A stretch of DNA of 64,000 bases from Macrostomum lignano (lineage: Eukaryota): assembly GCA_002269645.1 (NCBI GenBank), contig NIVC01000012.1:1550001-1614000 (forward strand). The letters are read 5' to 3'. Positions 12,985 through 23,073 of this stretch are shown here, in pieces. The notes below the pieces were generated by a model. The model ran no database searches, was not told the DNA's origin, and saw nothing but the letters and a program-made list of their open reading frames with translations. Made by a program: the position numbers and the translations under genes. Numbering within the stretch: the first letter of the stretch is position 1; every line of letters starts with the position of its first letter.

Positions 12985-13110
12985 TATACACAAACTTGAC
13001 TTACTTGACTTAGCTGCAGGGGGCGTCCGGCGGATGCAGCGAGGAGGCGGAGGAGACCGCCCATTCCGCTAGCCCCTGGCGACCAACGACTTCCGTTGAA
13101 GTGGTGTCGC

Positions 13111-16100
13111 TCAGGGGGACCCGTCGGTCTCGCCTGCAGCGCGGTCCTCCTCACCGACGGTGGGGAAGAAATCAGCTCGTCCGGTGTCCCTGAGGTACCG
13201 GGCGAGCAGCGGGATGCTCTCGGGCCTGCAAACGTCGGAGAGAACCGGGTTTGGCCCGAGGTGAGTAAGCCTGGCCCTGGTGAAAACCGGGCAGTGGCAG
13301 ATAAAATGCTCGGCGTTTTCACTGCCTGAGCGGCAGAAGGGGCACCGCTCCTCGGGTACTTGGCCCTGAAGGAAACGGTGGCGAGAGAAGCAGCCATGCC
13401 CGGAGAGGGCCATGCTAACTGCTCTGAGGTCTCTGCGGTTGAGCCTGAGGAGGGCTCTACGCAGGAGAGGAGAGGGGCAGGGGACGGCAGCACGGGATTG
13501 CCTACAATTCCGGGTGTCGTGCCACCTGCGGAGATGCTCGGAGTCAGCCCAGCGCTTTACGCGGGAATTGATCACCGAGGCGGGGATGGGGGCTCCCGGG
13601 CCCGGCCCCAGCAGCGCGCCGGCAGAGCCAGCCTTGGCCAGCAGGTCAGCGCGCTCGTTGCCGAGGAAGCCGGCGTGGCCCGGGATCCATCTGAGCTCCA
13701 CTTGGTTGCCTAGCGCAAGCCCGTTGAGCTGGGTGTTGCAGTCCAGGACGGACCTGGAGCTGGCGGTGCTGCGGCAGAGGGCCCGAAGGGCTGCTTGGCT
13801 GTCAGAGTGAAAAATAAATTTCCGGCCGCCAAGCTGCCTTCGGCGCAGCTCTGCCGCGCAGGAGCTGATGGCAAGCACCTCGCTCTGAAAAACACTGGAG
13901 TTGAGCCCAGTGTGTTGGGAGTAGCTCCACACCACTTCTCCCTTAAAGAAGACGCAAGCTCCGAAGCCTGAACGACCATGCCTCATAGAGCCGTCAGTGT
14001 AACAGTGGACTTCAGAATCGCTCCAGCTGTCACTCGCCTCGTGTCGAGGCTGAATGGTGACCTTATACCTTTGGCTCAGGAGAAGGGTGGCTGGGATCGA
14101 GTCCGTGAGGATGTTGAGCCCGCCACACTCCTCGAGAGCCTTAAGGCAGAGGTCAGAGTGCGGGATAAGCGACCGCTTCTTAAAGGCCCGCACTTTCTTG
14201 AAGGCCACCCCAGCATCCAGAAGACGCCGGGTGCTCTTCGCCGCCTCTCCTTTGATATATATATCCAAAGGAGGGGCACAGAGGAAGGCATTCATGCCTT
14301 CAAAAGGAGTAGAGGGTGGAGCGCCCATAGTCATGCGGCAGGCTCTGCCCTGGATTTTGTAGAGAGCGTCGAGGTTGCTCTTGACGCTCAGGCCGCTAGC
14401 CCACACGAGGCTGGCGTAACTGATCGAGGGGCGGATGATGGCAGTGTAAATCCACCACAGCTTCCTGGGGGTGAGCCCCCAGGTGGTGCCCACGGCGCGC
14501 CTGATCTGAGCCAGTACAGCCAGGGCTTTTTTGGCTTTAGTTTGAATGTGCGGAGTCCAGTTAAGCCTGTGGTCCAGAGTGAGGCCCAGGCAGCGGACCT
14601 GCTTCTCCATGGAAATATTCTTTCCATAGAGGGTGAGGGGCTTAATGGTCCAGAGCAGTTTGTTGGTAAACATGACCGCTGTGGTTTTCGACTCTGAGAG
14701 TCTAAGGCCACATTGGTTTGCCCAACGCTCCGCTCGTCCCAGAAAGCCCTGCAGAAGGTCTCTGATGGTATCAACCGAGGGGCCCGCGCATATCGCGGTC
14801 ACATCATCGGCATAGCCCACCTTGAGAATGGGGTCGTGGAGATCACTGCAAAGCAACTCATCCATGACCATGTTCCAGAGAACGGGGGTGAGAACGCCGC
14901 CCTGGGGGCCCCCTTTCAGGACAGGCACCGAAAGAGAGCTGCCGTTCAGGTGGGCCACAACAGTGCGGTTCCGGATCATGAACATGATCCACCGGACAAG
15001 GTGAGGGTGCGTGGCCCTGGATTCCAGGGCTCTGCAAAAGGCCTCGAAGATGACGTTGTCGAAGGCCCCCTCAATGTCCAGGAAAAGCGAGAGGGCAAAG
15101 CCGCTGCCAAGAACGGCCCTCTCCAGGAAGTCAACAATGACATGGAGAGCACTCTCGGTAGACCTGCCCGCGCGGAAGGCGTGCTGGTTCTGCGAGAGTG
15201 GGAAGCGCTTCAGCTCGACCGAAAGTAGGCGCCAAAGCACCAACCTCTCGAGGAGCTTGAGGCAGAAAGAGGTGAGGCTGATAGGCCTGAAGGCCTTCAC
15301 CGATTGGTAGTCGCTCTTTCCAGGCTTGGGGATAAAGACCACCCGGGCCTCTCTCCACGCAACTGGTACATAGCCCAGCTCCACACAAGCTCGAAGGAGA
15401 CGACAGAGCAGGTCCAGGAAGCGGTGGTTTTTTACCGCCTCGTGCAAGAACGCTGGGTAGATGCCGTCGGGCCCAGGCGCCTTGAACGGGTTAAAGGACC
15501 TTGCCGCTCTAATAATGCGGTCTTTGGTGATCATAGACTTTGCTAGGCCTTGCCCTCCCACTGTGTGGTCGGGCGGGCCCTGCTGAGTCGGAGATTTAGG
15601 GAAAAAACTGTTGAGCATGAGCTCTAGAGTCTCTTCCGAACTCTCTGTGACCGAGCCATCAGGTCTCTTCACAACAGAGAGTTTAGAAAAATGGTCATTA
15701 GTGAGTGCCTTAACCACGCGGGCTACGGGGCGAGAGCCCTCAAGCCCTTCGCAATATTGGCGCCACTTGGCCGTCTTGGCCCTTCTGACTTGGCCCTTAA
15801 ACTCGTGGATCGCACGGGTGTAGGCCTCTATATCAGATGGGTCTTTGGTTTTGAGTGCTCGCCTTTGGAGGGTCCTGGCTCGGCGCCGAAGGGCCCCGAG
15901 CTCTGGGTTCCACCAGGGAGCAGATTTCTTGCCTTTATAGGCCTTTAGAGGGCAGGCTGCTTCAAAGGCAGTGGTGATCGCCCCGCCCAGGGAGGAGGCG
16001 AGATCATCCATCACCTGGCAGTCAGAGAGGTCACTGGGGGGGTCAAGATCCCGAAGGCCGCGGCTCAGCTTCGAGCCAAAGGCGGCCCAATCGGTGTTCC

Positions 16101-16812
16101 TGACGTTCCGACTCCAAGTGACTTTAGGCTTTTGCTTGGTCGGCCCAATGCAAAAGCGGATAAAGCGGTGGTCCGAGAGCGAGTCCTCGTCCCACACTCG
16201 CCAGCCCGTGACTGCGGAAAGCAGTCCGGGTGAGGCGATGGTGGTGTCGATGACTTCGGCCCACCGCCCATTATTGAACGTTGGTGCATTGCCCACGTTA
16301 CAGAAATTGAGGTTTGTGCTGCTGACGTAGGCCAGCAGCTCCTCGCCTCTGTTATTGGTGTTCTTGCTGCCCCAATGCAGGTGGTGTGCGTTCACATCCC
16401 CTGCAATGAGCAGCTCGAACCGTCGGGACGCGGCATAGTCAATGAGGTTGACTAGTGCGTCGCAGACTACTGGGGCATCGCCTGGGAAATAGGCAGATGC
16501 TACCAGCGCAGGTTTATTTGGAATGAGGTTATTGATTTGAACAACACAGATGTCCCCAGTCGAGAGATCAGGTCTCATCCATGCTTCAAAAGCTTTTGCA
16601 GCAAAGACCAGAGATCTTGGGCGAGGCTGAGAGTCCGCCATGCAAAAACAGTGGTAGCCAGATGGCACATTATTTGGCTTACCTTTAGTCATCCAGGGCT
16701 CCTGTACGAAGACCAGGCCCGGAAGCTGTTGCTCTGTCGTGCGCATCAGGTCGACTGACGCCGCCACGCAGTGCTGGGTGTTGATCTGCAGACACCAGGT
16801 AGCCGCTGGCAT
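13111..16812 (-). CDS. LINE ORF2 polyprotein, 1233 aa: AP endonuclease, reverse transcriptase, RNase H, C-terminal CCHC finger
   Basis: APE: VQEPW, AGDVNAHH, IDTT, SDH. RT: KAPGPDGI, FRPISL, FLDIEGAFD, PQGGVL, YADD. RNase H: YTDGS, FQSEVLAI, SDSQAAL, WIPGH..GNERAD. Finger: CPFC...HFICHC. No interruptions. Confidence 0.97.
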   Translation of the reverse strand: MPAATWCLQINTQHCVAASVDLMRTTEQQLPGLVFVQEPWMTKGKPNNVPSGYHCFCMADSQPRPRSLVFAAKAFEAWMRPDLSTGDICVVQINNLIPNKPALVASAYFPGDAPVVCDALVNLIDYAASRRFELLIAGDVNAHHLHWGSKNTNNRGEELLAYVSSTNLNFCNVGNAPTFNNGRWAEVIDTTIASPGLLSAVTGWRVWDEDSLSDHRFIRFCIGPTKQKPKVTWSRNVRNTDWAAFGSKLSRGLRDLDPPSDLSDCQVMDDLASSLGGAITTAFEAACPLKAYKGKKSAPWWNPELGALRRRARTLQRRALKTKDPSDIEAYTRAIHEFKGQVRRAKTAKWRQYCEGLEGSRPVARVVKALTNDHFSKLSVVKRPDGSVTESSEETLELMLNSFFPKSPTQQGPPDHTVGGQGLAKSMITKDRIIRAARSFNPFKAPGPDGIYPAFLHEAVKNHRFLDLLCRLLRACVELGYVPVAWREARVVFIPKPGKSDYQSVKAFRPISLTSFCLKLLERLVLWRLLSVELKRFPLSQNQHAFRAGRSTESALHVIVDFLERAVLGSGFALSLFLDIEGAFDNVIFEAFCRALESRATHPHLVRWIMFMIRNRTVVAHLNGSSLSVPVLKGGPQGGVLTPVLWNMVMDELLCSDLHDPILKVGYADDVTAICAGPSVDTIRDLLQGFLGRAERWANQCGLRLSESKTTAVMFTNKLLWTIKPLTLYGKNISMEKQVRCLGLTLDHRLNWTPHIQTKAKKALAVLAQIRRAVGTTWGLTPRKLWWIYTAIIRPSISYASLVWASGLSVKSNLDALYKIQGRACRMTMGAPPSTPFEGMNAFLCAPPLDIYIKGEAAKSTRRLLDAGVAFKKVRAFKKRSLIPHSDLCLKALEECGGLNILTDSIPATLLLSQRYKVTIQPRHEASDSWSDSEVHCYTDGSMRHGRSGFGACVFFKGEVVWSYSQHTGLNSSVFQSEVLAISSCAAELRRRQLGGRKFIFHSDSQAALRALCRSTASSRSVLDCNTQLNGLALGNQVELRWIPGHAGFLGNERADLLAKAGSAGALLGPGPGAPIPASVINSRVKRWADSEHLRRWHDTRNCRQSRAAVPCPSPLLRRALLRLNRRDLRAVSMALSGHGCFSRHRFLQGQVPEERCPFCRSGSENAEHFICHCPVFTRARLTHLGPNPVLSDVCRPESIPLLARYLRDTGRADFFPTVGEEDRAAGETDGSP

Positions 16813-18330
16813 CAGTGCAGATCGGGTGTTGCAGTCGCCAGGAGTTCCTCCTCCTCCTCGGCGCTCACCAGCTTCGGGTCGGGGTCACCGGTGTCCATGG
16901 GCTCTTCTTCAGCAAAAGGCCCCCGGTTGGTCGGAAGGCAATAGGCAGCGTTCGCCGCCCTTCGCCCACCAGCCATGGGGTCCTCCGCTTCAGACTGGCC
17001 CAATGCCCTGGAGCAGCCAGCCGCCTGGGCAGGCGGGTCCGTCTCCAGTCGGCCCTGCCCCGAGGGGTTGGGCCCAGCTGGGACATCCCCACCCTCCCTG
17101 GACGAACTGGTGCGCCTAGGCGTCCCGGCGACCTCTCTCCTCAGCTGGGTGATTTTGGCGGTACGGACTGCCTCAGCTGCGCGCTGGTACAGGCCGCGTC
17201 GCTTGGTGCTGCGTGCCGGGCGTCGGTCTCCTCCGCCCTCAGCAGCGCGCTCGGCTTTACCCGCGCGGCCGTGCTGCCGGGCGGGGCGGTTTGCTTTGGC
17301 AGCCTGAACAGAAGCTCGCGCCACGGCCCCGGCTGCTTCGGCATTCCGCCCGCCCTGCTCACCACCACGGGGAGGGTCGGCCTCGTAGGAGCGGATGCGC
17401 AGCTTCCAAAGGCCGACGTTGATGAAGCTGCCGTGCGGATAGCGCCTCACCAGGCGTCCGACAGCCCCAGGATGGCTGTGAAGCCAGTGCCGTCGGTGCG
17501 CTTAAGGGTGTCATGCACCACTAGGCCCGCGGCGGGAAGCTCCCGGTTGACTGCTAGCAGTCCTTTCCGGAGCTCGTCAGCAGAGGTAACGACGCTCCTG
17601 GCCGGAACCCAGATTCGATGCCTCTTGGTCCGGGGGCGTTCGTCCTCTCTGCAGAAGGCTAGGTTGAGGTCCCAGCTCTGCTCGGGCAGCAGCTCAAGGA
17701 GCCGCCGACCCGAGTCAGCATCACTGGGCCAAATGAGAAGGCACGAGTCCCTCGTCGCATTCGAATGAATGTTCAGAGGCGTGCCCTTCAGAGTTTGCTT
17801 CCACAGGAGGCCATCAACGGCACCTCTCACCTGCTTCAGCTGATCGGGAGACAGGCGCGCGTCCTTCCCAGAATGACAACCGCCGGTTGCCTCTTTGCCG
17901 CATCAGCGTAGGAGGCCCGGGGGTCGGTGGAGCATTTTTCAGGTGGGCTGTCCACCCTCCCGGCTGCATCGGCCTCCCCATCCTGGACAGGGGCTTCAGT
18001 GGGCTCGAGGCCCTCTTCCACCACCGCCCCAGATTGGGAAGCTTCCGCTGCCGCGGGCCGTTGGCCCCTGGCGCCGGTTAGGCTTCCGCCCTCCTTGGCC
18101 CGCCTCGCCTTGTTAAGTCGACGGCGGGCAGCTCCAGAGGTGGTGCTCAGCTGCTTGGCAGCTGGAGTAGCAGGTGTCTTCTCGGAGGCACCGCTCAGAG
18201 TTGGCTCCACGGGTCTCGCCGAGGCGTCCCCGATGGTAGCAGGTGGTATGGCCGCGGAGTCCACGGCCCCAGCCGAGGCCGGAGGCACTGTGTCATCCAC
18301 AGCCGGTTGGGTACTTCGGTTAGAAGCCAT
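16812..18330 (-). CDS. LINE ORF1 (~505 aa reconstructed), split by two 1-nt frameshifts
   Basis: ORFs 17836..18330, 17447..17830 and 16812..17450 join if one base is restored in short runs at 17867-17869 and 17453-17454 (...VVILG[K]DARLSPDQLKQVRGAVDG...GLSDA[L]VRRYPHG...). The stop overlaps the ORF2 ATG (TGATG). Confidence 0.75.
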
Positions 18331-18559
18331 TGGCTGGAATTAAAAAGGTGGGACTTCCTGCAGAACACAGGCAAAGAGCCGCAAGGCCGCAACCCCAAAC
18401 CAAGCGGCAGGCCCCAAAAAGCGAAATACCACCCTGCGGGGGGACCCAAAAGCGCAAGGGGAACCGTTAGCGACCAGACTACTCCCTGGCCAAGCGTCCA
18501 TCAGCACGGAGTTACACTGGGACATTAGAGGGTGCGTTTATATGGTCACACCAGGACCC

Positions 18560-18704
18560 GGCGCCAACGAATTAGCTCGGCAAGGCCCGAGAGCCTGCCT
18601 TAACACCCACGGGACGAGTACCCTTCGAAGTGCGCCTTGCAAGGTGAAAATCAGGAGACAGAGTCTCTTTAGCTATCAGCCCGCCGGGGGAGGCAGGTGT
18701 GAGC
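18560..18704 (-). ncRNA. Candidate HDV-like self-cleaving ribozyme in the LINE 5' UTR
   Basis: Hand-folded double pseudoknot: P3 GGG/CCC around L3 UACUCGU, P1.1 AC/GU, P4 hairpin, J4/2 GAG-C-UAA, P2 CGAA/UUCG. Not computed or tested. Confidence 0.5.
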
Positions 18705-18817
18705 ATCGCTGGTTGGGATAAGGGCCATACCAGTCTCATACTGCACAGATAGTTCACCACGCCATTGCGTGCAGGACCCGGGGTCCTGGGGGCAACAGCC
18801 CCGGCTGTTATACACAA

Positions 18818-20419
18818 CTTACTTACTTACTTACTACTGACGGGGGGCGCAGGCGCCGCGAATAGGCCGCGAGGCCCCTATCGCAACCCCAAGGTAAAAG
18901 AGCACAAGGATTAGCCTTGGGGGTGCGCCCAGTCCCCGCCAGTAGTCGGCAGGTCCGCAGTGGAGGCATCGGCGACCCTCATCCGGCCGGAGTCCCGGAC
19001 GAAGGCGCGGAGGTCTCGGATATTGTCCGCGGTGGTCAGCTCGTCCATCCGCTGGGGTGGCCGAGGTATTTGTGCCGCGCCTTGTTGAAGTAAGGGCAGA
19101 AGGTGACGTGATGCTCCGCGGTCTCCTCTCCTATGCCACAGAAGGGACAGGTGGGAGGGCAACCGGTTTGCAACGATATATGTCTCTGGAAGAATCCGTG
19201 GCCGGTTAGGACCATGCACATCTCCCTGAGGTCGGTTCTGTTAAGCGAAATCAGATAATCAGAGACTTTCCTGTTCAGGTTAGGCATGGCAGAGCGGCTC
19301 TGCCTGTACTCGGTGCAGCTGTTCCAGTGGAGCTGGTGCTGCTGATGGAGCCACCTGTTGATATGGCGGGTGACTTGCGACCTGGGGGTGGGTAGCCTCA
19401 TCAGACGGTGGTTGCCGTCTGGGTTGCTGCCCTCCTTGGCGAGAGAGTCCGCGAGCTCGTTGCCCAGGATGTTGCTGTGACCAGGTGTCCAGATAATTCT
19501 AATCCTGTTAAGGACTGAGAGAGATTGCACACTGCGGTGGCATTGAGATACTGTAGCAGCGGAGATATTCTCAGTGGTTAAGGCCTTAATAGCAGCTTGG
19601 CTATCAGTGTAGAAATTAATGTCAAAATTATTAATGTTCGCCTGAAACAGTTGCTGGGCACACTGCTCAATGGCGCAAATTTCAGCTTGGAAAACTGAGG
19701 TGTTCTCACCGAGGTGCAGACTTTCCTGGAGGAGCATCTTACCCTCGTGGAAAATGGCAATACCCGCTCCAGCGCGGCCGTTGAACAGCGAGCCGTCGGT
19801 GAAGCAGTGAATGCCCTGGCTGCGCCGGTTCACACCGACATCCAGCGGAATGTTGTCTCGGCCAGGGATGGCGGTCTTGAAGCCCCTCCTGATGTTGAGG
19901 GCGGGAGGTCGACTATCCACATTGCCCAGGTCCATGTGGATGTTGTTAAGGTCGCGGCGGACAAAGTCCATATGCGGGATTAATGTTTTCATTGGCATAA
20001 AGCCAGAGGGCGCGTTATTTAACGTTTTATCTCTGATAAGCCGGGAGGCAGACTTCATAGCCTCCGCCCTAATAAATAGGTGAAGCGGAGGTAGGTTAAG
20101 GATAGTGTTCAGCCCCTCGTAAGGGGTGGACGGGTACGCACCTGTGATGGCACGGCAAATGCTGCCCTGAAGCTGGTACAGCCGCTGACGGGCGGCCTTC
20201 TGCTCCAGCACGCTAGTCCAGATGAGACTCGCGTATGTGATACTGGGCCGGATGATGCCGGTATAAATCCAACGGACCGTTCTAGGCGAGAGGCCCCAAG
20301 TCGGCCCGATGGCTCTGCGCAGCTGGGCAAAGCAGCGTTTTGCCCGACCGATGACGTTATCAAGGTGCTTCGTCCAGCGCAGGTCATGCGTTAGCGTCAC
20401 ACCGAGGTATTTGACCTCC
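18818..20419 (-). mobile_element. 5'-truncated non-LTR retrotransposon (element B), a second Loa-like family
   Basis: (TAAG)4 tail at 18818-18833; truncated inside RT domain 7 (EVKYLGVTL); flanked by TATACACAA at 18809-18817 and 20420-20428. Confidence 0.92.
18911..20418 (-). pseudogene. Truncated ORF2 of element B: RT thumb, RNase H, CCHC finger
   Basis: ORF 19036..20400 has [53 protein letters not shown] and CPFC..HHVTFC. The C-terminus ([22 protein letters not shown]) continues in another frame after a 1-nt loss in the run at 19054-19057. Confidence 0.9.
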
Positions 20420-20769
20420 TATACACAAACTGTTCCTTATTTTTCTATACTGAAATTTAAGTCAATTGGAGAAATAAATGAAAAATTAATTAATTATTGT
20501 TTACCTGTGTAAGCGGAATTACACTCGAATGGTCTTACTTAACAGAATCGTTATTGAAGAAAGATAAAAATAGAATAATTGCAGCTTAAAGCGGCTATTC
20601 GGATTACTTTCGTACCTTTCACACTTTGCTCTGCTGCTTAGACCAGTTTTCGTAAGGATGCCTTAGCCGTCTTATAGTTGTTGGCCTGTCTAACAGGAAA
20701 TTCATTCACCATTTTTAATGCACTTTCTATGTGCCATTTTAACTTTTTTCAAATATAATAACAATTAGT

Positions 20770-20880
20770 TACAATAATTTATTACACCTGCCCTATTGGG
20801 CAGTTGATGCGCAACCGACAACCAACCATCTTACAGCTGGGTGAACTGAAGCAATGCAGAGTTTAATGCTGTCAGTCAGG
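20770..20880 (-). mobile_element. SINE fragment related to the 1844-2378 element
   Basis: AGCTGGGTGAACTGAAGCAATGCAGA (20835-20860) matches 1844-1869 at 25/26; boundaries approximate. Confidence 0.5.
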
Positions 20881-23073
20881 AAATTCCAACTCCGGTGCTT
20901 GGTCCAGTCCAATGTCAATGGGAATCAATGTGCTCTTCTAACATTCTTCTACAGTGTAAGGGTTTACCCCCGATTTGCCGAATCCCGACTTGCCGAATTC
21001 ACTATTCGGCCAATTCGTACTACGTCGAATCTCTGGTAATGCCTGTGGCCTGTGCTAGCTAATAGATAGGCCATTCTTTGATCAAACTTTGTATATTTTT
21101 GCTGTTATCATTTACTCTACTATTTCTTAAGTATTAGTAGAGATAGTATTAGTATTAGTAAGTCATTGCTGCAACCCGTGTCTAGTGTCTGCAACCCGCC
21201 ACGGAGCCAGCCAGCGGGTGACTCAGTTTCTGTTCTGCATCAGCAACTCAAATAGATAGCGAAGAAAGCTTCCCCATCCTTCATTATCTTCCCCTCTTCT
21301 TCCTCCTCTACCTCTTCTTCTCTTCCTCTTTCCAGCTCCTCTTCCCTCCTCTCTCTCCTCTTTCCCTTCTCTTCCCCTTCTCTCTGTCCTCCCCCCTCCT
21401 CTGCCTTGCTCCGTCCCAACTCTGCATCCCGTCAAAATCAAAAGCAACCCACTGTTAGATATGAGCAATAGCCTACTGTCAGTAAAGTGATAAGTATTTG
21501 TAGCGGGCGAGTATTTTTCTGCACAGCTCCGAACTCGCAATCAACGTATTTATCACGCTAATCTATTGATCACGAACTAAACTAGTGACTCTTATAGTGT
21601 ACTTATAAAGCCTAACTGAGACAAACACCACCCCACCAAGGTTTTTTATGAGGCACCGAAGCCGGCAAAACATGGACACAATTTTAGGACCTTAAAGAGC
21701 AGACATGAGCACTGCTGGCTGTTATCGAACTGCGTGTTGACTTTCACTGAACTGATAAAGCTAAGCTGTGAAAGCCCTGAAGTCACCCCTGACCTCAAAG
21801 GCACCATATACTCATATAGGTTCTCAAACTGTGTATAGTCAGTGCTATCTACCTCTCTATCTCCCTCTATACTCTGCTACAAACCTCATTCACTATCCTC
21901 TCACTATCTCCGCACGCCACTCGCATGAATACCTGCCACTCCTAGTAGCTGTCCTGCCACACTCAATATTCAACCAACGTAGCTATTCATAAAGGTAAAC
22001 AAAAAAAACTAATTAATCAATTGTTCTACAGAAACAATGGAATTTTTTAATATTCTAGAAACTCGAATTTCCTAGAACTAAAATCCTGCAGGCATTGTTT
22101 ATCTCTAGCGATAAAATTAATCCGGCATCTGCGCTTTGTCAATCTCATTAATTAAAATTTTCAATCTCACTGCAAGGTTTGCCACACTTGCTCTCTCACT
22201 TCTCAAATTTAATACTTTAAATTCTGTTTATCTTTTTGCAAATAATATTTCTACGCAGTCAAAACACGACTATCTCTAATTTTTAGCTTCGCTTTGCGTC
22301 AATTGCCAAAATCAGAAATAGTCATTCTTATCTTTATGAGACCACACATTGAGTTTGCCGCTAAACAGACGCCGGAGAAAGTCAAAACCAAAATTCATAC
22401 AAGTGCAGCGATAAGACATACAAAACTACTTAGCACATTTCGCCGACATGTAGCGAAAATAACTTAGTAGAGGCGAAATTGCAATGAAAAAAGGAAATAA
22501 AAGCAGTTCGATGGAGTCCACAGAATTTTCAATTCCAATTGTATTTCGAATGGCTGCAAGTTCAAACATTTTTGTGTCAACAAGACCACTTAATGTTTGG
22601 TCACTTGCAATATATTGCTTTAATAAGTTCGCAGAGAGAAAGTGAAATTAATACTGAGGGTGCAGAATATAGCAGATTGAGCACCTGCTAAAAATATTTT
22701 CACTAATGGTAGCTACGTAGGTGTTGTCAGGGAAATTTAAAAGAAATGTGCCGCAAGTCAGCCAACCGAGCCAACGATGGAATTTGGCAAGGCAAATAAA
22801 TGATTAGTGAAATGAATGCAAAATGGACAACATTGATGAAATGTTCGAATGGAAATGGATATTCGTAATTTAATTATAAAGAACACTAAAGTCGAAATTG
22901 TTTTTCAGAAGTCAGCTGTCGCATTCTCAGACAAAACAAGCCCTGCTCAAATCACAGTTTGTATAGTAAGTTAGTAATTTAATTGGACTAATTTAGCTAG
23001 TCTGATGGCAATACGAAATAATTGGCTAATAATTATGATAATTATACAATATAAAAATTCGCACCCGGCTGTC

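Larger units (their letters stand above)
12994..18804 (-). mobile_element. Full-length non-LTR retrotransposon (element A), APE-RT-RNase H, Loa/R1-group-like
   Basis: Flanked by 13-bp direct repeat CTGTTATACACAA (12981-12993 and 18805-18817). It has a TAAG/TCAAG-type 3' tail at 12994-13013, a ~470-nt 5' UTR, ORF1 and ORF2. Clade assignment is from domain order and remembered motifs. Confidence 0.92.

Noticed and set aside
13096-18128. Many plus-strand and alternative-frame ORFs inside LINE A
   Set aside because: Shadow ORFs of GC-rich ORF1/ORF2; no independent motifs.
20956-21035. Repeated TTGCCGAAT/ATTCGGC motifs
   Set aside because: May be the end of a non-autonomous DNA element, but no partner end or TSD was found in the window.
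21223-21540. ORFs over CT/GA-rich tracts (also 24946-25252 and 25848-26413)
   Set aside because: Low-complexity sequence lacking stop codons.
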